From NCBI GenBank assembly GCA_027448865.1, contig DAIDMR010000069.1:23931-87930 (forward strand): DNA of 64,000 nt. Reading direction: 5' to 3'. The stretch is from Vampirovibrio sp. GTDB taxonomy: Bacteria > Cyanobacteriota > Vampirovibrionia > Vampirovibrionales > Vampirovibrionaceae. The position numbers were made by a program, and so were the translations under genes. The notes under the pieces are model-generated. The model saw nothing but the letters and a program-made list of their open reading frames with translations. It ran no database searches and was not told the origin of the DNA. Positions 28,830 through 39,835 of the stretch are shown here, in pieces. Numbering within the stretch: position 1 is the stretch's first letter; every line of letters begins with the position of its first letter.

Positions 28830-28870
28830 AATTACTGCAAAATTACTACCAAATTACTGCCAATTACCTC
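28830..28870 (+). repeat. Four tandem AATTAC-core repeats (10-11 bp period), possible integrase arm sites
   Basis: aattactgc 28830, aattactac 28841, aattactgc 28852, aattacctc 28862; about 130 bp inside the att core. Confidence 0.55.
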
Positions 28871-29031
28871 TACATACTGTTGCATATATGTAGCGCTGAG
28901 TAAGGATTTTGTTGTTACGGATCGATTCCCCTTGTAACGAAACCTTCACAAATGTCAGTAGAGTTTTTTGAAACTGGACCAGGCAAGCAACTCCTACGGT
29001 AATTGAAGTTATAGAGACTACACATCTTGAA

Positions 29032-29087
29032 TAATGGAAACTACGTGTTACACTAAACACAGATAACGGAATATAAAGGTTCCATTA
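29032..29087. promoter_or_regulatory. Two imperfect palindromic operators upstream of the hipB-like gene
   Basis: TAATGGAAACTACGTGTTACACTA (29032-55) and TAACGGAATATAAAGGTTCCATTA (29064-87). Confidence 0.5.
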
Positions 29088-29425
29088 TGCCAACTCCGCA
29101 TCGCCCTCCCTTGACCGTTCGCCGAGCACTCAAGCAGCTTGGGGAGGATATCCGCGATGCACGCCGTCGCAGCGGACTACCCGCTGAGGTGGTTGCTGAA
29201 CGGGCTTTTACTAGCCGTCCTACTCTGAGACGAATTGAGGCAGGAGATTACAGTGTAAGCATAGGTATCTATGCATCGGTTCTGCAAGCTTTGGGACTGC
29301 TGGAGGGGCTTGGCGAGTTGGCAAGTCCGTCCAAGGACAAGTTAGGAATGGCGCTGGCTTCTGAGAAATTGCCTCAGCGGGTGCGTATGCGCCGAACTCA
29401 ACGAAATAAGAACGATGAGCAATAA
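29087..29425 (+). CDS. XRE-family HTH antitoxin, HipB-like
   Basis: LGEDIRDARRR...AERAFTSRPTLRRIEAG; overlaps hipA start. Confidence 0.85.
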   Translation: MPTPHRPPLTVRRALKQLGEDIRDARRRSGLPAEVVAERAFTSRPTLRRIEAGDYSVSIGIYASVLQALGLLEGLGELASPSKDKLGMALASEKLPQRVRMRRTQRNKNDEQ

Positions 29426-30662
29426 CATCGAAGTCCATATCGATTTTGCCTGGGGACAAAAACGGGTGGGAACGCTTTATCGTCATCCCCGTAGTGGTGG
29501 AGAAGCCCTCAGCTTCGAGTACCATCAAGATTGGCTGAACGATAAAGCTGCCCGGTTTTCGTTAGAGCCAGCACTCAGGCTAACACCGGGAGCTTTTGCT
29601 CCTACGGGTGGGATGTCCATGTTTGGTTCCATTGGGGATTCGGCTCCGGACACATGGGGCAGACGACTGATGCAGCGAGCCGAAAGACGACTTGCAGAAC
29701 AGGAAGGGCGGGCTATCCGGACCCTGATGGAAGCCGATTACCTGCTGGGTGTCTCAGATATCTCCCGAAGTGGAGCCTTGCGGTTCCGGCAGCTTGGAGA
29801 ACCTGAATTTCAATCACCTAAAGGCGTACCGCAAATGATAGCTTTGGGAGAATTGCTAGGCATTACCGAGCGAATCCTGCGCGATGAGGATACGGCAGAA
29901 GATCTCCAGCTTATCTTTGCGCCGGGATCTTCGCTGGGGGGAGCTCGCCCTAAGGCATCAGTACAAGATGTTCAGGGTCAGCTTGTGGTCGCCAAGTTTC
30001 CGAAGGAAACCGATGATTATAGCCTGGAGACCTGGGAAGTCATCTCCTTGGAGTTGGCCAAACAAGCAGGGTTAAATATACCTCAAACCAGATTGGAAAC
30101 TGTGGCCGGGAAACCGATATTGCTGTCTTATCGCTTTGATCGCTCTGGAAATACAAGAATTCCATTTCTGTCTGCTCTGTCTTTAATGGGCCTGAAAGAT
30201 GGAGAGCGCGGGAGTTATCTAGAAATAGTGGATGTACTTACTCAATATGGGGCGCAATGCAAAACCGATGCTCAGGAGTTGTACCGGCGGATGGTTTTCA
30301 ATGTACTAATTTCCAACGTGGATGATCATCTTCGTAATCATGGGTTTCTTTGGCAAGGACAAGATGGATGGGTACTCTCGCCGGTCTATGACTTGAATCC
30401 AACGCCTGTTGACGTCAGGCCCCGAATTCTGACTACTAATATCAGTCTGGATGAGGCGACTTGCGATATCGAGCTGGCTTTATCAGTTGCCGAATATTTC
30501 AACTTGTCACAGGGCACTGCAAAAACCATTATTCGGGAAGTCGCGGTAGTAACCTCAACTTGGTCTTTAGTGGCCGGGAAATTCGGCCTTCGTTCTGCCG
30601 AAATCAAGCGCATGGAAAGTGCGTTTGAGCATGAGGACCTGAAGAGGGCACTGAAAATTTAA
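29415..30662 (+). CDS. hipA: HipA-family kinase toxin
   Basis: SLGGARPKA, DDHLRNHGF, LSPVYD motifs. Confidence 0.93.
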   Translation: MSNNIEVHIDFAWGQKRVGTLYRHPRSGGEALSFEYHQDWLNDKAARFSLEPALRLTPGAFAPTGGMSMFGSIGDSAPDTWGRRLMQRAERRLAEQEGRAIRTLMEADYLLGVSDISRSGALRFRQLGEPEFQSPKGVPQMIALGELLGITERILRDEDTAEDLQLIFAPGSSLGGARPKASVQDVQGQLVVAKFPKETDDYSLETWEVISLELAKQAGLNIPQTRLETVAGKPILLSYRFDRSGNTRIPFLSALSLMGLKDGERGSYLEIVDVLTQYGAQCKTDAQELYRRMVFNVLISNVDDHLRNHGFLWQGQDGWVLSPVYDLNPTPVDVRPRILTTNISLDEATCDIELALSVAEYFNLSQGTAKTIIREVAVVTSTWSLVAGKFGLRSAEIKRMESAFEHEDLKRALKI

Positions 30663-30729
30663 AAGTCGTTCATTGATTCTCCCGCGATTTTCTCATTATC
30701 TTTGGTAGGATTTCCGGGAGGCAGACCAA
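30652..30729 (+). repeat. Conserved element spanning the hipA stop and downstream DNA, copy 2
   Basis: Matches 14851-14928; contains CTCCCG...CGGGAG inverted repeat. Confidence 0.85.
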
Positions 30730-30771
30730 AATCTTTACTCTCTATCCCTCGTCGATAATAGCGTCAGTCTT

Positions 30772-32148
30772 TTACAACGAAGAAAAGCTGACTCGGATCA
30801 AAGCTCCCAGCCCTTGGCTCCCTTCGTGGATGGTGACTTGTGCTTGATGTGTTTGAGCAATTTCCCGCACAATCGACAAGCCTAGGCCGCTTCCGGGAAT
30901 GTTGGTGCCATTCAATCTATAGAAACGTTCAAACACCTTTTCTTTTTCCGATTCAGGGATTCCGGGACCTGAGTCTTCCACACTTAAAATAATCTGGGAT
31001 TCTTGTGCTAAACGCACTGTCACTCGGCCACCGGTCGGTGTATAGAGAAGCGCATTGTCAACAAGATTGGATAACAGATCACGTAAGTGATTTTCATGCC
31101 CTTTCAGAATGATTGCTGTTTCCGGTCCTTCATATCCAAAGTCAATTTCCTTTTTAAGCGCTTGCGGAACAAAGAAAGTAACTACTTCTTGCGTCAATGC
31201 GGTCAGATCGACTGGTGGAAAATTCTCAATTTCCAATGCGTTCGGTTCGGCCTTCGCCAATGAAAGAAGCTGTTGAGACAGATGGATCGAACGATCCAGA
31301 CTGACTTGCATTTGTTCAAGCGCGTGTTGTTTTAAAGCCGGATCGGATTGACGCAAAGCCACTTCCAATTGCGTTTGAAGACCGGCCAAAGGGGTGCGTA
31401 GCTGATGAGCGGCATTCGCCGTAAAGCGTTTTTGGGACTCAATGTGCCCAGAAACACGTTTCATCAAAGCGTTGATGGTGCCCGTCAACGGCCTTACTTC
31501 CTGCGGAATATATTCGTCTTGGAGGCTTCTTAAATCATTCGGGGTTCTCTTTGCAAGCTCTTGTCTCAGGCGCTCCAATGGAATTAACCCACGTGTCACG
31601 CCCAGCCAGACAAAGATGGTTGCCAGTAAAGCTAAAAATAATTGATGGGCAATGGTTGTGATTAAAACCTGATTTGCCAGGATGGATCGCTCTTTCAAAG
31701 TTTCAGCCAATTGGATCAACATGAACGACTGATGTTGATCATGCTTGAGCGGTATTTTAAGTGTGACAACACGGACAGGCTCACCGTGCATGCGCTTATC
31801 CGAAAAAGCCGGATATTTTGATGTAGGGAGAGGCAGGCCGAGTAGCTCTTCCCCGCCGATGAACTCCCCTTTTGGACCGGTAATCAAGAAATAAACTTTG
31901 TCTTGGGAATTGTGACTATAGGACTCACGGGACAGTTGAGGAGAGGCCAAGGTCCATTGATCATTCTTGTAAACCACATGACCCGCCAAACCTTTGGCGT
32001 TTTCCTCCAATTCCGTATCAAAAGCGATGTCTGCAAAATGGGAAGCCAGATAATAACTGGAAAAAATACTGAGAATAATAATGCAAAGAATCGGAATCAA
32101 CAGCCAGAGCAACAACTGTTTGCGGATGGATTTTTGGCGGCTCTTCAT
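30772..32148 (-). CDS. Sensor histidine kinase, QseC/TctE-like
   Basis: AAHQLRTPL H-box; NLVDNA, DSGPG, GSGLGL. Confidence 0.95.
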   Translation of the reverse strand: MKSRQKSIRKQLLLWLLIPILCIIILSIFSSYYLASHFADIAFDTELEENAKGLAGHVVYKNDQWTLASPQLSRESYSHNSQDKVYFLITGPKGEFIGGEELLGLPLPTSKYPAFSDKRMHGEPVRVVTLKIPLKHDQHQSFMLIQLAETLKERSILANQVLITTIAHQLFLALLATIFVWLGVTRGLIPLERLRQELAKRTPNDLRSLQDEYIPQEVRPLTGTINALMKRVSGHIESQKRFTANAAHQLRTPLAGLQTQLEVALRQSDPALKQHALEQMQVSLDRSIHLSQQLLSLAKAEPNALEIENFPPVDLTALTQEVVTFFVPQALKKEIDFGYEGPETAIILKGHENHLRDLLSNLVDNALLYTPTGGRVTVRLAQESQIILSVEDSGPGIPESEKEKVFERFYRLNGTNIPGSGLGLSIVREIAQTHQAQVTIHEGSQGLGALIRVSFSSL

Positions 32149-32819
32149 AGCTCAGGTGCCACCTCCAAAATATAGCCGATTCCCCGGATGGCGCGAAGTG
32201 AAAGACCATAAGGCTCTAGCTTCCGCCTGACACGGGACAGATAGACTTCAACGGCGTTGGTGGTCAATTCCTCCTGCCAGCCGCACAGGTGTTCAACAAA
32301 TTTAGCTTTACTGACAACCTTCCCCGCATTCATCAGCAGCAATTCCAAAACGTCCGTTTCACGGGAGGAAAGCTCAAGCGGTTGCTGGTTGATGTATACC
32401 CGGCGTCCATTCGTATCAAAACGCATCGCGCCCAGCTTGATTTCGGTTTCGGTGGAAAAATGTCTCCGGCGGATCAAGGCCCTGATTCGTGCTTCCAGTT
32501 CCTGGAGCTTAAAAGGCTTTGTTAAATAGTCATCCGCTCCCAGGTCCAGCCCCTGCACCCGATCTTCCAGGGTATCCCTGGCCGTCAGGATCAGAATCGG
32601 AACGGCGTTCTTCTTGGCCCGGATCTGCTTCAATACTTCTAATCCGTCCTGATCCGGCAAGCCAAGGTCTAGGATTGCCGTGTCGTATTGGGTACAGGAA
32701 AGTAAATGCTCCGCATCAGGCCCGCTTTCGGCATGATCAACCACGTAGCCGCTTTGTCTCAGCGCCTGTATAATGCCATCCGCCAGAACGGTATCATCTT
32801 CTGCCAAAAGAACACGCAC
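32145..32819 (-). CDS. OmpR-family response regulator, QseB/TctD-like
   Basis: LDLGLPD, GADDYLTKPF, winged helix RGIGY. Confidence 0.95.
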   Translation of the reverse strand: MRVLLAEDDTVLADGIIQALRQSGYVVDHAESGPDAEHLLSCTQYDTAILDLGLPDQDGLEVLKQIRAKKNAVPILILTARDTLEDRVQGLDLGADDYLTKPFKLQELEARIRALIRRRHFSTETEIKLGAMRFDTNGRRVYINQQPLELSSRETDVLELLLMNAGKVVSKAKFVEHLCGWQEELTTNAVEVYLSRVRRKLEPYGLSLRAIRGIGYILEVAPEL

Positions 32820-32881
32820 GAAGAGTTGATTCTCCTCAACAGTTACCTAATGACATGCTAGCAAAATCCACCCCTTCTCGT

Positions 32882-32898
32882 CTGTCAAGTTACTGTCA
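32882..32898 (+). promoter_or_regulatory. OmpR/PhoB-type direct-repeat box
   Basis: CTGTCA-N5-CTGTCA (11-bp period) between the response regulator and the divergent efflux operon. Confidence 0.55.
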
Positions 32899-32968
32899 GC
32901 TTCTATCTTTAAGATGGATGAGTCATCGGAATATTGATCCCCAAAATTGGAGTTGTTTCGGGTCCATT

Positions 32969-34420
32969 ATGCAAAACTCAAGGCTCATCCGCATTCTAAA
33001 AATACAGATAGCCATAATCCAGCTTTGTTTGCTGGTTACAGCCATGCCGAGCATTGCAAAGGTTCCAGAGAAAACCTTATCGCCAGCAGAGACGGCCTTG
33101 GAATACGAGAGTAGAAGCTTGAATGATCCGCTCTTCAAGGTATATGTCAAGAAAGTTAAGGGCCAGGAAGCGATCGACTGGTCTCCGAGCGCATGCGACT
33201 TGGAACTTCTGACATTGGCGGCATTTTATTACCATCCGGACTTGGATGTGGCCCGATCCCAGTGGGAAACAACCCTTGGCGGCATTGATAATGCCAGCTC
33301 AAGGCCCAATCCGCTCTTACAGAGCCAAGGACGCTATAGCATCAACCCAGCGCCCGGATTAACCCCTTGGTATCTTCAACTGTTCTCGGGCTTTGTGATT
33401 GAGACGGCAGGAAAGCGGCATCATCGTATTGAACAGGCGAAAGCTTTGTCTGAGGCCAGCCGGGCTCGGATCGGACAATCCGCTTGGCTGGTCAGAAGCC
33501 GGTTACGGAGTAGTCTTGTCAATTATCTCAGCGCATTGGAGCGATTGCAGGTCTTACAGGCGCAACAGCATTATCAACAAGATGTCCTGAAGGGCATTCA
33601 ACATCGGGTAGCTGTTGGAGAATCCTCTCCCCTGGAAGCCACGCAGACACAAATACTCTTGGAGCAAATCCAGCTTCAGATCCAGGAGGCGGAACGGCAG
33701 CGCCGGGAAAATCTGGCGTTAGTCGCCCAGGCCGTTGGGATTCCAGTGGATGCCATGAGTGAATTGCCCTTGACCACAAGCTGGTTTGATTATCGGCAAC
33801 CATTATCCGATGTTTCCCGTATGGCCTTGCGTCGAGAGGCGCTTTTGGGACGAGCGGATATTCTAGCCTTGATGCAAGAGTATCAGGCCAGTCATGAGGC
33901 GTTAAAGCTGGCGATCAGTCAACGCTATCCAGATGTCCGTATCGGCCCCGGCTTCCTGTGGAACCAGGGACAAAAGTTCTGGGCGCTCCCGTTGGATCTG
34001 GCTTTCCCGACGCACCTTAGTACCAAGGGAGCCGTTAAAGAGGCATTGGCACGGCGTAGTGAAGTGGCTGCAAGGTTTACTGCCCTACAAGCCCAAGTCA
34101 TCGCGGAGGTAGACCGGGGCTACACGACCTACGAAGGGGCTCTTAAAAAAGTTTCTGCGGCGGATAGCTTGCTCAGTCAACAAGAACGCCGAAGGCAGAT
34201 TCTTCAAAGACAGCTAGAAGTAGGAGAAGTAGATCGCCTAGCTTTGCGGCTGGCAGAAATAGAATTACAGACGGCCAAACTTAACCAGCTTGACGCTTTG
34301 ACTCAAGCACAACAAGCGCTAGGATTGCTGGAAGATTCGATTCAACGACCACTGACTTCGGTTCGCTCCTCACTGGAAGATTTACAAGCTATTCCCCGTT
34401 TAGGACAAACAGCACCATGA
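32969..34420 (+). CDS. TolC/CzcC-family outer-membrane efflux protein
   Basis: IETAGKR, YPDVRIGPG, helical OEP repeats; start uncertain (ORF extends to 32855). Confidence 0.85.
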   Translation: MQNSRLIRILKIQIAIIQLCLLVTAMPSIAKVPEKTLSPAETALEYESRSLNDPLFKVYVKKVKGQEAIDWSPSACDLELLTLAAFYYHPDLDVARSQWETTLGGIDNASSRPNPLLQSQGRYSINPAPGLTPWYLQLFSGFVIETAGKRHHRIEQAKALSEASRARIGQSAWLVRSRLRSSLVNYLSALERLQVLQAQQHYQQDVLKGIQHRVAVGESSPLEATQTQILLEQIQLQIQEAERQRRENLALVAQAVGIPVDAMSELPLTTSWFDYRQPLSDVSRMALRREALLGRADILALMQEYQASHEALKLAISQRYPDVRIGPGFLWNQGQKFWALPLDLAFPTHLSTKGAVKEALARRSEVAARFTALQAQVIAEVDRGYTTYEGALKKVSAADSLLSQQERRRQILQRQLEVGEVDRLALRLAEIELQTAKLNQLDALTQAQQALGLLEDSIQRPLTSVRSSLEDLQAIPRLGQTAP

Positions 34421-35601
34421 AAAAAACCGTATCAGTTCTGCTCATGTTTATCATCGCCACAAGCCTAACTGGCTGCCACAGTGGTTCTTCAGACTCCCAT
34501 AAAACACCTTCTCCCGCTGAAGTCAAAAACCCTGTACCAGAGAACCAGCTTACGACCATCACGCTAACCGCCCAAGCTGAAAAAAGGCTGGGGATTAAAA
34601 CCACAACGATACAGAGCCAAAACATTTCCAAGTCGCTCACCCAACACGGAGAAGTGCTGGCGATTCCTGGCTTTACAGTAGCCGTTACGGCTCCTTTTGC
34701 GGGAAAACTGACCGGAAACACGCTGGTTGCAGGTCGTACCGTCCATAAAGGACAAACAATTTTTAGTTTGGTTGCATTGCCTAATGACACGAGCGGCTTA
34801 GGGGCGCAACAGGAAGTCACTGTTCGCCAAAAACAATTGGATGCAGCCCAAGCCCAGGTGAACCGCTATCAGCAACTCGTTCAAGATCAGAGCGCCAGTC
34901 AAAGATTATTGCAGGAATCCCAAGTGGCGCTTCAAAACGCGCAGGCCGCTTTAAATGCGGCTCAATCACGGCAGCGTTTTTTAAATGGACATATTACCCA
35001 TTCAGACGCTCCCCAGCTTTCGGTCATGGGTATTAAAGCGCCATTAACCGGGATGGTTCAAAAGATTTATGTCACGCCCAATCAGATTGTCGCGGGGGGC
35101 ACACCCTTGTTTGAGGTCAGCAGCCTGAACCCGGTTTGGATCAGGGTGCCCGTTTATGCAGGTGATTTGTCAAGCGTCAGCAGTTCTCAAACCGCATTGG
35201 TACAGCCGTTGGGCGAAAATGCGGGCAGTGGTTCCAGAGTGGCCCGTTTCGTTCCGGGACCACCTACAGCGAATCCCCAAGCCATTTCAACCGATTTGTT
35301 CTATGAGTTATCCAATAGCGATAATGCCTTTCAAGTCGGTCAAAAAGTCAGTGTCACTTTAACCCAAAAGGGAAGCCAGTCCGGCCTGACGATTCCGTTT
35401 TCCGCTGTTGTCTATGATATTGACGGCGGAACTTGGATATACCGGCAGGCGGCACCACACACGTATGCCCGAAAACGTGTTTTGGTCAGCCGTGTTATGG
35501 GAGACAAAGCCATTCTGGCACACGGTATTGAGCCGGAATCAAAAATTGTCTACAGCGGTGCGGCTGAACTCTTCGGCACCGAGTTTGGAGTTGGAAAATG
35601 A
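34417..35601 (+). CDS. RND periplasmic adaptor (CzcB-like) lipoprotein
   Basis: LTGC lipobox; [19 protein letters not shown]. Confidence 0.9.
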   Translation: MKKTVSVLLMFIIATSLTGCHSGSSDSHKTPSPAEVKNPVPENQLTTITLTAQAEKRLGIKTTTIQSQNISKSLTQHGEVLAIPGFTVAVTAPFAGKLTGNTLVAGRTVHKGQTIFSLVALPNDTSGLGAQQEVTVRQKQLDAAQAQVNRYQQLVQDQSASQRLLQESQVALQNAQAALNAAQSRQRFLNGHITHSDAPQLSVMGIKAPLTGMVQKIYVTPNQIVAGGTPLFEVSSLNPVWIRVPVYAGDLSSVSSSQTALVQPLGENAGSGSRVARFVPGPPTANPQAISTDLFYELSNSDNAFQVGQKVSVTLTQKGSQSGLTIPFSAVVYDIDGGTWIYRQAAPHTYARKRVLVSRVMGDKAILAHGIEPESKIVYSGAAELFGTEFGVGK

Positions 35602-38600
35602 TCCGCTGGCTGATTCAAACCTCTCTGCAATTGCGGATTGCCGTCGTTGCAATCACGGTGATTCTCATGTTTTTGGGCAGCCGTACTTTGATGGAATCCA
35701 CCGCTTTTGACGTGTTCCCGGAGTTTGCGCCGCTACTGGTTGAAGTGCAGACGGAAGCACAAGGACTTTCCACCACGGACGTAGAATCACTGATTACAGT
35801 ACCGATTGAAAATGCGCTCAGCGGAGTTGCCAAGCTGGATAAGATCCGCTCCAAATCGGTTTTGGGGCTATCGTCCGTAGTTCTTTATTTCCAGAAAGAT
35901 GCGAACCTAACCCAAGTCCGTCAATTGGTTCAGGAGCGTTTGACCCATCTTTCTGCCACGTTGCCCGTTGCCGCCAAGCCGCCGGTCATCCTATCGCCGT
36001 TATCCTCCACCAGCCGAGTCTTGAAAATCGGTATCTCTTCCAAAACCATGTCTCAGGTAGACATGACCACGCTGGCAAAGTGGACAATCCGGCCCCGGTT
36101 GATGGCCGTTCCGGGCGTGGCGAACGTAGCGATTTGGGGACAACGGGACCGGCAGTTTCAAATTCAGATTGATCCGGAGCGATTGAGAACGCACGGTGTC
36201 AGCGTCGATCAAATCGTGAAAGCGAGCCAGGACGCCTTGAGAATTGAGGGAGGCGGGTTTATTGATACACCGAACCAACGGCTTTCCGTTTCCCACATGA
36301 TGAACCTGAAATCAGCCCAGGATTTGGCAAAAATCCCAGTCGGTCTCAACAACGGTGTTCCTCTGAACCTGGATCGAGTGGCAACACTGACAGAGGGGTT
36401 TCCCCCGCCGATTGGGGATGCGGTGGTGAATCACGGGCCGGGACTTTTGCTCATTGTGGAAAAGCAGCCGTGGGGCAATACCCTGGAAGTGACTCATAAG
36501 GTGGAAGAGGCCCTGGATTCGCTCCGCCCTGGTTTGAAAGGACTGGAAATTGATTCCTCCATTTTCAGACCCGCCACGTTTATTGAAATGTCCTTGCACA
36601 ACCTGAACCATGCCATGTTGCTGGGATGCCTGCTTGTCATTCTAGTGCTGGCCTTTTTCCTGAACAACTGGCGAACCGCGCTAATTAGCGTTTTGGCGAT
36701 TCCAACATCTTTGCTGGTTGCGGCGCTTGTTCTTCAGTATCAAGGCGGGACATTGAACACAATGGTATTGGCCGGGCTGATTATCGCGCTCGGCGAAGTG
36801 GTGGATGACGCCATTATTGACGTGGAAAACATCATGCGGCGTCTGAAGCTGAACAAGGTGAGCGAGAACCCACAATCTGCCTTCATGGTTGTTATGAATG
36901 CTTCTCTTGAAGTCCGGAGCGCCGTTGTTTATGGCAGCGTGATCGTGGCCCTGGTATTGCTTCCCGTCTTGATGCTGGAAGGGGTGTCAGGGTCCTTCTT
37001 CAGGCCATTGGCTTTGTCTTATATGACCGCCATCATTGCTTCCCTGTTTGTGGCGTTGACACTGACACCCGCCTTGGCATTGCTGTTGCTCCCGAAGTCG
37101 GCGGGCGAGCAAAAGGAACCGCCTTTAGTGAATTGGCTCAAGCCTCGTTATGAAAAACACTTAACCCGATTGCTGGATCGCAAAAAGCAGGTCACAGGCA
37201 TCATGACGGCTACCATCATGACGGGGCTTTTGGCCTTGCCTTTTCTGGGAGAGGAGTTTTTGCCCCACTTCAAGGAATACGATTTCCTGATGCACTGGGT
37301 TGAAAAGCCGGGAACATCCATTGATGCCATGCGACGGATTACGATCCAAGTCAGCGATGAGTTGTTGGCAATACCGGGTGTCCGCAATTTCGGGGCACAT
37401 ATCGGACGGGCGGAAGTGGCTGATGAAGTAGTCGGCCCCAACTTTACTGAATTGTGGGTGAGCCTGGACCCAAAGGTGCCGTATGAAGCCACCGTAGCCA
37501 AAATCCAGAATGTGATTGACGGCTATCCGGGGCTATATCGGGATGTATTGACCTACCTGCGGGAACGTATCAAAGAGGTTTTGACGGGTTCCAGTGCAAC
37601 GCTTGTTGTCAGAATTTACGGGGATAACCTGGATGTTCTTCGGGACAAAGCCCAAGAAGTCTATGCCGCGATGAAACCCGTTAAAGGCGTGGTGGATCTG
37701 AAGGTTCAGCCGCAAGTCATGGTACCGCAAGTCGAGGTGCATGTCCGAAACGAAGCGGCTTCCCAATTCGGCATCACCCCCGGCGATATCCGCCGAACCG
37801 CCGGTATTTTCCTCAAGGGGATCAAAGTCGGCGAGTTTCATGAAGACCAGAATTCATTCGATATTGTGGTGACGGGTACACCGTCCATGCGTCAAGATTT
37901 ATCGGCCTTGCGGCAAGTTCTAATCACGACGCCCACCGGGGAAACCGTTCCCCTGAGAGACGTGGCGGATGTCATCATTGCCCCAACGCCCAACTTGATT
38001 TCAAGGGAAATGGCTTCCCGTTATACCGAAGTAACGTGCAACGTCGCCGGGCGGGATCTGGGAGGCGTGGCCCGTGACATTGAACAAAAGCTCAAGTCCG
38101 TCCCATTCGATAAAGGATACCATCCGGAATTGTTGGGCGAATATGCCGCACAGCAGGCTTCCAAAGACCGGCTCATGCTCTTTTCCTTCATCTCCCTGAT
38201 TGGCATCATGATCATTCTGCATGCCGACTTCCGTTCAATTCGCTTAACGCTTTTGATTCTGCTCAGTCTCCCCTTTGCATTGTTTGGCGGGTTAGTCGGC
38301 GTGATTCTGACCGGAGGGGTTTTGTCCTTGGGATCATTGATCGGGTTTGTCACGGTTTTGGGCATTGCCGCCCGGAACAGCATCATGCTCATCAGCCACT
38401 ACCGGCATCTTCAGCTAGAAGAGGGAAAACCGTTTGATGCCGCCATGATTATTCAGGGGGCCAAGGAACGGCTTTCACCTATTTTGATGACCGCATTAGC
38501 CGCCATGCTGGCCCTGTTACCACTGGTTTTCGGTGGTGAGAAGCCGGGACAAGAAATCGAACACCCAATGGCAATCGTGATTGTTGGCGGCTTGATCAGT

Positions 38601-38678
38601 TCAACGATCTTGAACTTGTTTATCCTTCCGGTCATGTATAGCCTTTTCGGTCAGCCGGAAGCGTGTGAAGCTGCATGA
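35598..38678 (+). CDS. CusA/CzcA-family RND permease
   Basis: [37 protein letters not shown]. Confidence 0.92.
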   Translation: MIRWLIQTSLQLRIAVVAITVILMFLGSRTLMESTAFDVFPEFAPLLVEVQTEAQGLSTTDVESLITVPIENALSGVAKLDKIRSKSVLGLSSVVLYFQKDANLTQVRQLVQERLTHLSATLPVAAKPPVILSPLSSTSRVLKIGISSKTMSQVDMTTLAKWTIRPRLMAVPGVANVAIWGQRDRQFQIQIDPERLRTHGVSVDQIVKASQDALRIEGGGFIDTPNQRLSVSHMMNLKSAQDLAKIPVGLNNGVPLNLDRVATLTEGFPPPIGDAVVNHGPGLLLIVEKQPWGNTLEVTHKVEEALDSLRPGLKGLEIDSSIFRPATFIEMSLHNLNHAMLLGCLLVILVLAFFLNNWRTALISVLAIPTSLLVAALVLQYQGGTLNTMVLAGLIIALGEVVDDAIIDVENIMRRLKLNKVSENPQSAFMVVMNASLEVRSAVVYGSVIVALVLLPVLMLEGVSGSFFRPLALSYMTAIIASLFVALTLTPALALLLLPKSAGEQKEPPLVNWLKPRYEKHLTRLLDRKKQVTGIMTATIMTGLLALPFLGEEFLPHFKEYDFLMHWVEKPGTSIDAMRRITIQVSDELLAIPGVRNFGAHIGRAEVADEVVGPNFTELWVSLDPKVPYEATVAKIQNVIDGYPGLYRDVLTYLRERIKEVLTGSSATLVVRIYGDNLDVLRDKAQEVYAAMKPVKGVVDLKVQPQVMVPQVEVHVRNEAASQFGITPGDIRRTAGIFLKGIKVGEFHEDQNSFDIVVTGTPSMRQDLSALRQVLITTPTGETVPLRDVADVIIAPTPNLISREMASRYTEVTCNVAGRDLGGVARDIEQKLKSVPFDKGYHPELLGEYAAQQASKDRLMLFSFISLIGIMIILHADFRSIRLTLLILLSLPFALFGGLVGVILTGGVLSLGSLIGFVTVLGIAARNSIMLISHYRHLQLEEGKPFDAAMIIQGAKERLSPILMTALAAMLALLPLVFGGEKPGQEIEHPMAIVIVGGLISSTILNLFILPVMYSLFGQPEACEAA

Positions 38679-39367
38679 TATTGAAAGCCATTATTCTGCG
38701 GGTTTTGTATTTACTGATTGCCTGGGTAAAATCGCGTTACTTTTTCAATACAACCGTATTGATAGTTGCACTCTACAAGTTCCTGGATATTGCCTGGAAT
38801 GTACTGACTAAAGACAAAATCACAATTTACGATGAAATTATCGTGCAGTTTATCAATAAGCTTGCCAGCCCGTCATTTACAGAAGGCGTAGTGTTCATTA
38901 CCAATTTTGGGGGTATGAATATCCTATCGGTTCTTTTGCTGGTTGCAGTAAGCCTTTTGTTGGTTCGGAGGCTTTGGACAGAGGCAATCTTGGTTACAAG
39001 CTCAACACTCGGAGGGACTATCCTCATGTTTGCCTTAAAAAACTTTTTCCATCGGGCAAGACCTGTTGTGGGAACACCCATCATCCGCGAAACAGGTTAT
39101 AGCTTTCCATCTGGTCATACCACAATCTCGATGTGCTTCTATGGAATCCTTCTTTATCTGGTTTTTAGATACTGTAAGCCACTTTGGTTAAAGTACCTAT
39201 TGAGCCTTGCATTGGCCTGTCTGATCGGGATGGTCGGCCTGAGCAGGGTTTACCTTGGGGTACACTATCCTTCCGATGTCTTGGGTGGGTTTCTTTTGGG
39301 TCTCTTTTGGCTCAGTCTCTGCATTTTTGTTTATCAATTATCGTTGGTCAGAGCAGATCATTCATAG
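38675..39367 (+). CDS. PAP2-family membrane phosphatase
   Basis: [28 protein letters not shown]. Confidence 0.92.
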   Translation: MILKAIILRVLYLLIAWVKSRYFFNTTVLIVALYKFLDIAWNVLTKDKITIYDEIIVQFINKLASPSFTEGVVFITNFGGMNILSVLLLVAVSLLLVRRLWTEAILVTSSTLGGTILMFALKNFFHRARPVVGTPIIRETGYSFPSGHTTISMCFYGILLYLVFRYCKPLWLKYLLSLALACLIGMVGLSRVYLGVHYPSDVLGGFLLGLFWLSLCIFVYQLSLVRADHS

Positions 39368-39516
39368 CCTGGAGGCTTCCAAAATAAAAGAATTTTGTTT
39401 GCAAGAGTTCGTCTTCAGTCTGCAATACTATCTGTATTTGTTACTATCGTGGTGGAAATGGAACAATTGCTCCAAGCTTGAAAGCTCAAAATTAATCAGT
39501 GTTTTCAAGATGTTAT

Positions 39517-39556
39517 GGACCTACTGTTCAATGGTTAGAGTGGTGGACTCATAATC
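39517..39556 (+). pseudogene. Degenerate 5' half of a CAU-anticodon tRNA (Ile2/Met-like)
   Basis: GGACCTACTGTTCAATGGTTAGAGTGGTGGACTCATAATC has a D-loop and CTCATAA anticodon loop; no T-arm follows. Confidence 0.4.
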
Positions 39557-39835
39557 ATGCGCTCTACCAACTCCAAAACTGGTTTGTATATTTCTGTATC
39601 TACGGCGATTTTTGCCGCAAAAATGGGCAGTCTTAAACTTCCGAAAATGGCCTTTTAGTAATTCTGACGGAACGTTGAAAATCGATCAAGCGAGTCGAAA
39701 AACGTTAAATACAGAAAAAAATCAATAAAATTTAAACATGGTATACCCAAAGCTTGGAATTATTTGAAGGGGTGAATGGGTGGGCAATATTTCCTGTGTC
39801 TGGTGATTGGGGGTATGTTCAGACTGCAACACCTC

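Noticed and set aside
28830..28870. CRISPR array
   Set aside because: Repeats are 9-11 bp without spacers; no CRISPR array or cas gene seen in the window
28656..29060. Short ORFs over the att region, or an intact tRNA
   Set aside because: Overlap att and repeat DNA with no coding signature; only 23 nt of the tRNA are present
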